64,000 nucleotides of DNA from the human T2T-CHM13v2.0 reference genome, Homo sapiens. The stretch is taken from NCBI RefSeq assembly GCF_009914755.1, contig NC_060935.1, one strand, 5' to 3'. Shown here one piece after another: positions 48,950 to 61,445 of this stretch; positions within the stretch are counted from its first letter, which is position 1; the number at the start of each line of letters is the position of its first letter. The notes beneath the pieces were generated by a model. That model made no database searches. It was not told the origin of the DNA and was given only the letters and a program-made list of their open reading frames with translations. Both the position numbers and the translations under genes were made by a program.

Positions 48950-50111
48950 ACATTTTTTAAAAAAATGAGTTTTTGTGTTATTTAAAACATAAAATTGGAA
49001 GTTTTACATATGTGAAATGATTTCTACAATCAAAATAATTAACATACCCATTATCTCAAAAAAGCTTCCTCTCGTCTCTTTATATTCCCACCCTCCCAAC
49101 TCTTCCTTCCCACTTCATCCAATCCCTAGGCAACCATTCATCTTGGTTTCTGCTGTCAGCATGATTATTTTGAGATCTGTCCATGTTGGCATCTTTGTCA
49201 ATAGTTTTTCTTTCTTTTGCTGAGTAGTATTCCCTTGAATGGCTATAGCACAGTTTATTCCTTTACTTGTAGATGGACATTTGGATTGCTTTCAGTGTGG
49301 GGGCTATTACAGATAAAGGTGTAATGAACAGTTGTTGTACAAGACCTTGTATGTACATGTTCTTTTATTTCTCTTTGGGAAATACTTGGAAGTGAAATGC
49401 CTGAATATTATGGTTAGTTGGATATTTAACTTTTACAGAAATTTTAAAATTGTTTTCTGAAGTTGTTTCACTTTATATTTCAACAGCAATGTATGAGTGT
49501 TCTATTTGCTATGTCCTCACCAACATTTAGTATGTCAGTCTTTTCAATTCTACATTCTAACAGATGCATACAACTTCCAGGTTACAACTCTTCTATTTTC
49601 AAAACGTTTTGTCTAATTTTGGTCCTTTCCATATGAGTTTTAGCACTAATTTACAATTGCCACCAAAAAGCCTCCTGGGAGTTTGATTGAGATTGAATGA
49701 AATCTATAAATCAATTTGGGGAGAATTGGCAATATTTGGGAGAATTGAATTAACAATATTGAATTTTCTGATCCATAAATAAAATACAACTTTGCAGTCT
49801 TTAATTTCTTTCAGCAGAGTTTTATAGTTTCACTGTATGAATCACACATACCTTTTGTCAGATTTATCCACAAACATTTCATAGTTTTATGCTATTGTAA
49901 AGTTTCAATACCAATTTTTCTTTACTAGGAAATGAAAGCATTATTCTATTTCTAGAAGAAATACATTGGTCTTGTATCCTGCAAACTTGTTAAACCCATC
50001 GATTCTGCTAGGTTTTTGTAGCTTCTATCAGCATTTTTACATACATGATTATGTCATCTGCAAATGAAGATAATTTTATTTCTTGGCTTTCAATCTACAT
50101 GCCCTTCCTTC

Positions 50112-50146
<35 letters not shown>

Positions 50147-53100
50147 TTTCTTTCTTTCTCTCTTTCTTCTTTTTGCTTTATTGTACTGGCTAGACCCTCC
50201 AGGACATTTTTTTTCTTTCTTTTTTGTATATACATTTTATAGAGGTACTCCAGTACAATGTTGAATAGAAGTTGTTACAACAGACATACTTGCTTTTTAT
50301 TTCTGTTCCAACAGGGAAAGTATCCAGTCTTTCTCTGTTAAATATTATGTTAGCTCTAGGTTTTTTATACATTCCCTTTGTCACAATGAGGAAGTTTACT
50401 TCTATCCTAATATACTGGGCGTTTTCATTAGAAATATATGTTGGATGTTGCCAAATGTTTTTTCTGTGCACATAGAGATGATCATATGTTATCATTTACT
50501 TTTGTTAAATTATATGATGTTTTTAATGTTAATCCAACCCTGTCATCCTAAAATAAATCCCATTTGGTGACAATGTATTATCCTTTTATATATTGTTGAA
50601 TTTTTGATATATTTTTCTTAAGAATGTTTCTGTCTATGGTCATAAGGGATGTTAACCTGTAGATTTAGTTTCTTGTAATATCTTTGTGTCATTTGGTATC
50701 AAAGAAATGCTGGCCTCTTAGCATGAGTTGGGAACCATTTCATCTTCACTTTTTTGCAAGAGTTTATAAAGAATGGGTTCAATGTTGTCTATAAATATTT
50801 GGTAGAATTCTCCAGGGATCTATCTGGGCCTGAAGTGTTTTATGTAGAACTGTTTTTCACTACAAATTGAATTTCATATATATATATGTAATATATGTAA
50901 TATGTAATGTTACATAGTATATACGTATACATAATATGTATATATTATATACGTATACATAATATATGTATATATTATATACGTATACATATGTATATAT
51001 TATATACGTATACATATGTATATATTATATACGTATACATAATATGTATATATTATATACGTATACATAATATGTATGTGTGTATATATTATATACATAT
51101 ACATAATATGTATATATGTGTGTATATATTATATACATATACATATGTATATATGTGTGTATATATATTATATACGTATACATATGTATATATGTGTGTA
51201 TATATAATATACGTATACATATGTATATATGTGTGTATATATATTATATACCTATACATAATATGTATATATGTGTGTATATATTATATACATAATATGT
51301 ATATGTGTGTGTATATATTATATACATGTATAATATATGTATATAGAATGTATATATTATATATGCATATATGTATATATAATGTATATATTATATATAA
51401 TATATAATGTATAATTATATATATTATATATTACATGTATAATATGTAATATTACATATTATACATGTAATATATAATATATATAATGTAATATTACATA
51501 TTATACATGTAATATATAATATATAATATGTAATATGTAATATTACATATACATGTATATATTATATATAATATATTATATATAATTATATATAATTACA
51601 TATTATATATGCTATATTATATATGATATATAATGTGTAATATATAATATATAATATATATGTAATATATATGTAATAATATATATTACATATAAATTAC
51701 ATATATATTAATATATATATAATTATTACATATGTATGTATTATTATTGTATGTATGTAATACATACATACATATGTATGTATTATTATTGTATGTATGT
51801 AATACATACATACATATGTATGTATTATTACATATGTATGTATTATGTATGTAATATGTATTATTACATACATATTACACATATATAATATATAATATAT
51901 ATGTAATATATGTAATATATATGTTATATATATTATATTATATATAATATGTAATGTATATGTAATATATATTATATATTATATAATATGTAATATATAT
52001 GTAATGTATATGTGATCTATTTATTCTCAAGTGAGCCTTGGTAGTTTGCATTTTCTCAAAGATTTTTGTCCATTTCATCTAACTTGCTGAATTTATGAGC
52101 ATAGAGTGGTTTATAATATTTTTGTACTATTCTTCTGTCTGCAGGTACTAGAGTGATATTCTCTCCTTTATTCCTGATGTTAGCAATTTAGTCATTTCTC
52201 CTTTAGTCCTGATCTGTCTTGTTGGAAGTTTATTAGTTTTATTGATCTCAGATAACTAGCTTTGGGTTTCATTGATTATCTTTACTATTATTTTTGTTTC
52301 CTATTTCTTTTTTTAAATTTAAATAGAGACAGCTCTTGCTATGCTACCCAGGCCAGTCTCAAACTCCTTGACTCAAGCAATCTTCCTGCCTTGGCCTCCC
52401 AAAGTGCTGGGATTACACACATGAGCCATCAGGAACCCAGCCAGTTTCTATTTCTTAGATGTCTGCTGTGATATTTATCATGTGCTTTCTCCTGCTTATT
52501 TTGGCCTTTATTTGTTCTTTTTCTAGTTTCTGAAAGTGGAATCTGATGTCATTTGTCAGAAACTTAACTTTTTTTCTACGATGGATTATTTAGTGCTATA
52601 CCTCTCCCTATAAGCACTACTTTAGCTGCATCCTACAGTTTTTAATATATTGTGGTTTTATTTTATGTTAGAGACAAGATTCCACTCTGTCACCCTGTCT
52701 GTCACCCAGGCTGGAGTGCAGTGGTCCAACCATCGCTCACTGTAACCGCAAACTCCCAGGCTCAAGTGATTCTCCTGCCCCAGCCTCCCAAGTTAGCTGG
52801 AACTATAGGCATGTGACACCATGCCCAGCTAATTTTTTAATGTTTACTTTTAGAGATGGGTCTTGTTGTGTTGCCTAGGCTGAGTGTTTTTATTTTTATT
52901 TGGTTCCAAATACTTTCTGATTTCCCTTTTCATTTCTACTTTGACCCATGGTTTATTTATAAATGTGTTATTTAATTTTAAAATATTTGAGGATGTTCTA
53001 GGTATCTTTCTAATATTGATTTCTAATTTAATTCCACTGAGGTCGGAGAACATACTGAGAATTTACTGAGACATGTCTTATGGCCCAGAATATGGTCTCT

Positions 53101-53230
53101 GTAATACATATTCTATATGCACTTGAAAAGAATGTATATTCTGTTTTTGGTTGGAGTATTCTATAAATGTCAATTAGGTCAAATTAGTTAATAGTGTTAT
53201 GAAAGTCTTATATACTTACTGATTTACTAT
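48950..53230 (-). mobile_element. Fragmented old L1M in intron 6, split by the TA tract and Alu pieces (~52310-52443, ~52655-52882)
   Basis: ORF 50190-50495 (MYKKPRANIIFNRERLDTFP) and ORF 52850-53053 (FSDLSGIKLEIN) are L1 ORF2 remnants. Confidence 0.8.
50876..52012. repeat. ~1.1-kb TA-rich low-complexity/minisatellite tract with embedded palindromes
   Basis: Degenerate ~28-nt units (TATATTATATACGTATACATAATATGTA), a duplicated 42-nt unit near 51731-51814, perfect 74-bp palindrome 51414-51487. Confidence 0.95.
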
Positions 53231-53778
53231 CTAATTATATTGTTACAATTTTGTTTCAGCAGTCAATTATCTCATGAAGCTACTTACATAATAAAAATCT
53301 CATGATAGAACTATTATTTTACATATTTTATTATTTTTAAAGTGTTTCATTTACATAAAATAAGGTGAATAAAAAATAAGGTGTTTCAGGCATGAAGGTA
53401 AATTTGGTCCCTTTAACTCTATCTTGGCTGAAAGTCACAGTTCCAATGAGGTTTTAAGGCTGGCAATACTTTTCAATCTTCCTTGAATGATAATATATCA
53501 CTATTTGAATAAGATGTTTCTCATTTTTTCCCAAGATTGCATATGTTCTCTTGTTTTTTTTCCAATTATTTATAGTTTCAGAATCTGGGACACATTTTCT
53601 AAGCATCTGGTTAATAACATTTCTCTAAGAAAGATTCAAGAGATCCTTGAGGAAATAAAATATTCTTGTAAAGGTCAAGAAAATTATGTGAAATGTCAAA
53701 ACAAATTTGGAAAACTGCCATCTCTATAATTAACATTACCTTAAAATATAAATGATTTATTAAATAAAGATGTATTAG

Positions 53779-54097
<319 letters not shown>

Positions 54098-54223
54098 AGG
54101 AACTTTTAATTTTGGCATAATTGCAAATGTATAGCAAATCTGCAACGGTTATGCAAAAAATCCCTGTATATCTCTTGCTCAGATTTTTAAATTGTTTTCA
54201 TTTTATGCATTTGATTTTTTTAG

Positions 54224-54317
54224 AATACACTTTCAGACTTGATGTTGAAGAAGGAGTGGGAATCCCCCGAATACCTGTACATCCCATTGGATATAATGAT
54301 GCAGAAATATTATTACG
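54224..54317 (+). CDS. NAALAD2: NAALAD2 exon 7
   Basis: Acceptor atttttttag; (E)[30 protein letters not shown](R); donor CG|GTATAG; 94 nt. Confidence 0.96.
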
Positions 54318-54659
54318 GTATAGTTTTCTTGTTGGATATGAGATTAAGATATTTTGCACTAGTTGTCTATTTTCTCATTGAAAACCAATATGGCATTCTT
54401 ATGTTAAACACAAAGTTTTATAACTAAATAACTCCTGAAATAGGAATAACAGAGTATACTATCTTTTTATTTCATAAAAGTAGTCATTTTAGTGACTAAG
54501 AAATCAAAATAAAATATCGCTCTGTTCGCTACAAATGAAATTCTCAAATACAAAGCTATGTCCTAAGATAATTCTGATTTGAGATTTTTCAAGCAATTGA
54601 ATTTTCATAGGTATTCATTAGATATTTATATTCAACGTCTAGTATAAGAATATGACAAT

Positions 54660-54830
54660 GCCCCCCACTTACTAGAGGTATGACCTTGGATCAGTTGCTT
54701 AAACTTTCTCCAGCTCAGTTTCTTTATTTGTAAGATGAGGCTAGTAACTGTTTCTCCTTGATAGGGTTATTATAAGATCATATGAGTAAAATACATAGCA
54801 CCGTATTTAGAATATAGTAAACAAACAATT
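54660..54830 (+). mobile_element. MIR
   Basis: ccacttactag..tatgaccttgg...ctcagtttctttatttgtaagatg. Confidence 0.7.
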
Positions 54831-55317
54831 ATTGTATTCTATAACTGATATTTCTTTACATATCCCCCAACTCCCATTTTTAAATGCCTGTATGTGTATT
54901 ACAACTTAATAATTGTTTGGGTGCCTACTGTGTAATCAGCAGCTTTTTTACAAATACATTTCTTCTCCTTAATGCAGTCATTAATTTCCTGTATTTAGGA
55001 TATCTTGGATTCAGTGAGTCCCCACATAAATAATTAAGGTCAAAAATAAGGAGATAGCCTTCCCATTTGCCATGACTACTTTATTTTTTCTCTTTGCTCT
55101 CATCACTAACATATTACGTATTTTACTTACTGATTTCAGTATGGCTCTCTTGCTAGAAAATAAGCTCCACAAAGGGCGGGCTTTTTGACAGTACCTGGCA
55201 CTTAGTAAATGACAAATATTTGTTATATATATGAATGAAATATTGTCATCAAACTTTAAAATTTCTCCTTAGAAATTGTGGTAGCCTTTTTCTGTCACTT
55301 TCATTTTATTTTGTCAG

Positions 55318-55416
55318 CTACTTGGGAGGAATTGCTCCACCAGATAAGAGTTGGAAGGGAGCCCTTAATGTGAGTTATAGTATCGGACCTGGCTTTACAG
55401 GGAGTGATTCTTTCAG
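55318..55416 (+). CDS. NAALAD2: NAALAD2 exon 8
   Basis: Acceptor ttttgtcag; [32 protein letters not shown](R); donor AG|GTAATT; 99 nt, symmetric phase 2. Confidence 0.96.
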
Positions 55417-55578
55417 GTAATTTTGCATTACTTTAATAGTCTGAAAAAGTTTTATATTTTTAATGGAAACATGTCAAGATAACTGTTCTGCCAGGGGTAT
55501 TTTGCTTATCTCTTTTTCTCTTTCTAAACAACCATTTTACATTACTTAAGAAGTACTTACACATGAAATATTGAATTA

Positions 55579-56374
<796 letters not shown>

Positions 56375-57499
56375 TGATCAGAACTTCAAGAAGTTTGATT
56401 TGCCTGAAATGTGATGGGAGAGAGAAATGTAACACTGATAAATCAGAGTGCATATAGCTGTTTTTATTAAACCAAAATTATTAAATCAGTCTTCTTTGCT
56501 AACAATTTACCCTTAACTACGTGAATTTGGATTCTCAGAATATTTTTTAGTTTCTGTAGGATTTCTTGTATTCCAGAAATTTTAAAGTATTAGAAGTCCA
56601 ATTTCCTTGTTTTATAATAAGTTTATAAATGTTTGATTTATATGTGTTTATCTCTATCATTAAATCAGAACAGTGCTCTTTTAATTTGGGACTTTATTAT
56701 CTAATTTGTGTATGCCCTCCAGAGAAAGGAAAATGTAACTTACTCAATGAAACATAAAGCCCTTTCTGATTTACAAACAGAAACATACAGACAGAGAAAA
56801 CATATAACTTCAGTTCTACAATTTTAGTCACAAAGAGTAAACTCAAAAACATAAACATTCCTAGGTCTAGATATAAAATAGCTGTGCTCCTTCACTGTGA
56901 GCATAGAATTCTCTATTGGTTAGAACTCAAAGTGGACAAATAAACAACAACAAAACTAAAAACTAGATTCTCTCATGTCTCACCTCACAGAGATCTTGAA
57001 AATCCATTAATCCATTTACAGATATTATCAAATGACAAGACATAAAGGCCAACTCCAAATCATTGCTGCCACCAATGAGGACTAACTTAATTTGCCCTAA
57101 GCAAAGCAGAAACATAAAACAAAACATCAGTAGAGAAAAAATAAAGCTAGAGATATAGAGTATCAGCAAAGTTAAATTTCTACTGTTGTTTAGAATTTAC
57201 ATATGAGAGCCAAAAGAAGATATGAAGAATTGGTTTAAGCTGCCCATACCTGGTTCTGCAAAATGAATCCATTTTACCTCAGAGTGGAGCCTCCAAAAGT
57301 CTTCCACAGTGAGGAAAGGAACACAAACCTTCACTAGACAGATTGTGCATTTCAGTGGATTTGAATTATTTGCATTACTGTCATGTTTCTATAAGTTAAC
57401 TTCTCTTTACAGAGCTGTAAAACAGTCTAGTTAAGGACACTGACAGGTAAAGTTGACCATAATGGATGAACCAAAGTTTTTCCCAATTTTTCCTTACAG

Positions 57500-57630
57500 G
57501 ATTATATTCATTTATTTCATGAATATTTATTGAGCATTTCCTATGCCCCGGGAACCATTCTGGGTTCTGGGGATTCAGCAGTGAATAAAGTAGGCAAAAA
57601 TCTCCTCCCTGTGGAGCCTGCATTCTAGAG
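57500..57630 (-). mobile_element. L2 3' fragment
   Basis: atatttattgagcatttcctatg...ctgtggagcctgcattctag. Confidence 0.7.
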
Positions 57631-59027
57631 TTCAGTTTATTTGAAACGTGATAAGTTTGAAGTAATAATAGGACAAATAAATATTCTTCTGGAGCTCAAA
57701 AATACTAAAAACGAGAAAGACGTAGGTTTAAAGACGTAGATGTGCTTCTTTGAGAATCTTAGCAGATAGCCTATGTTTTTGTTTAGACTAATATCAATTT
57801 TTTTCATTCCTCATATGTTGCATTTTTCTTTACTTAATTTTCTTCTTTTAATGACACAATACCGATGAATTTGGGTTTCTTACTAATCATATATCTAAGG
57901 CTCATATTTTTAGAAACACATGCTAAACAATATTTCTGCTTTTCTGCTATTAATTTTCATCTGTCAGTAGCAAAAAGAAATCATTTACTTAATGCCTTAA
58001 AATGAAAAAAAAAAAAACATCGATTAGTTTTCCTCTGAGGTACTTTTAGTTGAATATTGCAAATGGATTAAATATCAGAAGCACAGTATACTTTTGGTGG
58101 GGGTGAGGGAAGCCAGAATTTGTTCTTAACAATATACAAGTTTCGGGGGCTTATTCATTCTTCCATTAAAAAACGATCACAAACTAGAAACAACGGAGGT
58201 CTCCCTACCTTTAGAATAAATGATGATTAATTTTGTTCCCTTGGGGAAAAGTAGCATTTTCCCATGTCATCTTGGATTCATAAAATGTGAGTGATACTTT
58301 GTTTTTTCTGTCTGGCTGAGCTTGATATTTTCCCTTGTTTTCTAATTCGGTTGATTGTAACTCATGAATGAATATTTAAAAGCCTGACCCAAATCAGAAT
58401 CAACAATCATGGCCTAGAAACATTTCATTATGTAGTTGTGCATTGTAGCAGGAGCTTCCCAAATTCTCATTTAACAACAGAATTTTTTATGTTTTTTATA
58501 GGTGGCACTCAACCAGCTCTTAAACTTACATATCATTTCCATAATCATAAAGAAAATTTTTGAACCTCGGATTTAATATAAATATAAATAGATACATTTA
58601 AATAATATGCTTATACTTTTTTCTTTATTACATAATGGGCTGTCTTCTTCGTTTTCATAATTAACTGGGGTATATTTTTACATTTTAGAATAAATATGAC
58701 ATTTTGAATAATAGAATATTTTGAATTTTAAATAAATAACAATTTAGCTATGAGAAAATAATATAAAATAGACAGCTTTTAAAATTTGACTTCAAGGTGC
58801 ATGCTTAGGTGCTTAGAAGTAAATTGGCATAATGTCTGTACCTTACTTGCAAATGCTTCAACAGTGTTAACAATTATTGAATTTAGGTGGTAGAGATATG
58901 AGAATCCATTATGCTATTGCACAGCTTTTCATAATAAAACACTATTATGAAAATAGTTTTTTATAATAAAACACTGTAAAAAACATAATTTGCTGTACTA
59001 AGTAATTTATTCCTTTTAAAATTCTAG

Positions 59028-59113
59028 GAAGGTTAGAATGCATGTTTATAACATCAATAAAATTACAAGGATTTACAATGTAGTTGGAACTATCAGAGGA
59101 TCTGTGGAACCTG
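59028..59113 (+). CDS. NAALAD2: NAALAD2 exon 9
   Basis: Branch-like TACTAAG 58996-59002, acceptor attctag; [28 protein letters not shown]; donor G|GTGAGT; 86 nt. Confidence 0.96.
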
Positions 59114-59388
59114 GTGAGTCACATAATTTTTTAAAACATTTTGTTTTTACAAAAATTAAAGGGTAAGTAAAGATAAATTGTAGTCAACAATTGAAGTGGG
59201 GTTTTTTGGCTGATTTGAAACTACTAAATTTTGAGGAAAACTGTACAAATCTAAAAGAAGATTTTACTTTATAGTGTTGTCTTCTATAGAGGAAACTCAA
59301 GCAAGAGGATGTTTATTTTAAAAACATAAATTACAAATATTTATAATGTATTCAAAGTTGTAGGTTTCTTGAACGTATTATTTTCCAG

Positions 59389-59508
59389 ACAGGTATGTTA
59401 TTCTGGGAGGTCACCGGGACTCCTGGGTATTTGGAGCTATTGACCCAACCAGTGGGGTTGCTGTTTTGCAAGAAATTGCCCGGAGTTTTGGAAAACTGAT
59501 GAGTAAAG
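59389..59508 (+). CDS. NAALAD2: NAALAD2 exon 10 (Zn ligands H367, D377)
   Basis: Acceptor ttttccag; (D)[40 protein letters not shown]28 peptidase motif; donor G|GTAAAC; 120 nt. Confidence 0.97.
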
Positions 59509-59613
59509 GTAAACAACCTTTCTTTCCTAGGTGATGACAAAAAGTGACTTACTGAATTTTCTTTTATTTTTTAGGCAGTTGTACCTAACCACGTGTGTTA
59601 ACAATTCTTACAG

Positions 59614-59696
59614 GCTGGAGACCTAGAAGAACTATCATTTTTGCCAGCTGGGATGCAGAAGAATTTGGACTTCTGGGTTCCACAGAATGGGCTGAG
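59614..59696 (+). CDS. NAALAD2: NAALAD2 exon 11 (catalytic E414, Zn ligand E415)
   Basis: Branch CCTAAC 59584-59589, acceptor ttcttacag; (G)[27 protein letters not shown]; donor GAG|GTAAAT; cumulative CDS 1278 nt = 426 codons; later exons lie beyond the window. Confidence 0.97.
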
Positions 59697-60442
59697 GTAA
59701 ATAAGACAAAGAAGGTTCTTATTATTTTTTTGGTCAACAGGGAACAAATATGTATGTGTCTCAGGATGATCAAAAATATATTCCATTACCTAATATGGTT
59801 TTGTTTTGGAGAATGACTCAAGACAATTTAAGAAATAGTTTATTTTTACTTTCACATCAGTTTGGCAATAACCTTTTAGTACTAGACTGCAGACAGAGTT
59901 ATTGCCTCTTGTCAAAATATTTTCGTTGCCATTTGCATTTGTTTTATAAAAAATAAGAAAAATCAGTAAGCTCAGAAAATAATCAAAATTAATGAGATAT
60001 TTTTGATGATAATTTACTTATCTAAAAACTGATACAGATGCTTAGAGCTAATTTTCAAGTTTTTGAAGTTTCTTTAGAGTTCTTCCATCTGAGAAAATAT
60101 AAGATGTTCTATTAAGATGGCCATATATTGACTATATTTTCACATTGACAGATTCCATTTAAAATGGCAACCATAAGTATACTTTAGCATTTACAACAGA
60201 TATGTGCTTCATTGTTAAGTATAAAGTGATAATTCTGTGAATTGAATTACTTTAATAAATTGACCTGCTTTACAATTTCATAGGTGGGGTTTTTTTTCTT
60301 CACATATGATTGTCATTTGTCACTGACTCTTAATTATTTATATTTAAGTGTCTCTCCTAGGGCCCTTTTCTTCCAACTTCTTCCTTTAGTCTCTCTGTCA
60401 AGTAATCTCTAAGTTCTTAAATGTAGAAGGTAAGCACATTCA

Positions 60443-61445
60443 TTTTTTTAACTTTTAAGTTCAGGGTACAAGTGCAGGTATGTTACATAGGTAAACTGTG
60501 TCATGGGGATTTGCCACGCTGTTCAACTACTCTGTACAAGCTGATTTCTCTAGTTGGCATTTCCTGCCTGCCTTGACGCAGTGGTAAACTTTTACTCTTT
60601 CTGTAAGAGTAAGCTCAATAAACACACAATTTGTGATCACATCTTTTCTAGAAGAGTGTTATCATGTATTAATAATAATAATTGTAATAATATTTCTATT
60701 GAGCTTTACAGTAGCTATGTGATTTACCCATTTTAACTCATTTAATCCACACAGTAAGTGATCAATAAATGTTGGCTCCCTTCTCTCTTCATCTTTACCC
60801 CTCCCTTAACTTCACCTGGTTTTTCACATGTATATCATTTTGAAAGTTATTTGAAAAACTATTTTAAAAACTAGGTGAAGAGAGAATTTTGAAAAACCTG
60901 GTTTGAAATGTTAAACCTATAACTCAAATGTAGTAATTTTTGAGACTCTATGAAACTAATATTGTGGTATTACTAGTGAAAGATTATTTCATCACCCAGG
61001 TATTAAGCCCAGTACCCACTAGTTATTTTTCCTGACCCTTTCCCTTCTCCCACCTTCCACCCTTTGAAAGTCCCCAGTGTGTTGTTCCCCTCTATGTGTC
61101 CATGGGTTCTCATCATTTAACTCCCACTTATAAGTGAGAACATGTGGTATTTATTTTTCTGTTTCAACATTAGCTTGCCAAGAATAATGGTCTTCATCTC
61201 CATCCATGTCCCTGCAAACAACATAGTCTCATCATTTTTTACGACTGTGTAGTATTCCAAGGTGTACATGTACCACATTTTCTTCATCAAGTCTGTCATT
61301 GATGGATATCTGGGTTGAATTCATGTCTTTGCTATTATGAATAATGCTGCAATGAACATATGTGTGTATGTGTCTTTATAATAGAATGATATATTTCTTT
61401 GGTTATATACCCAGTAATGGGATTGCTGGGTCCAGTAGTATTTCC
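60443..61445 (-). mobile_element. Older L1PA/L1PB 3' end, split by the inverted insertion 60512-60981
   Basis: ttaagttcagggtaca...gtgtcatggggattt | agattatttcatcacccaggtattaagcc are nearly adjacent in the L1 3'UTR; ORF 61117-61299 is the ORF2 C-terminus. Confidence 0.88.
60512..60981 (-). repeat. Right arm: 470-bp inverted copy of intron 8 sequence inserted in an L1 3' end
   Basis: TGCCACGCTGTTCAACTACTCTGTACAAG... is the reverse complement of 56346-56374; ...CTAGTGAAA is the reverse complement of 55579-55587; lacks the Alu. Confidence 0.95.

Noticed and set aside
50907-51407. 166-aa Y/I/C-rich ORF (and ORF 51697-51882)
   Set aside because: Translation of the TA-rich tandem tract; no coding signal.
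59521-59530. Acceptor-like TCTTTCCTAG in intron 10
   Set aside because: Only 22 nt from the donor; too short an intron to splice.
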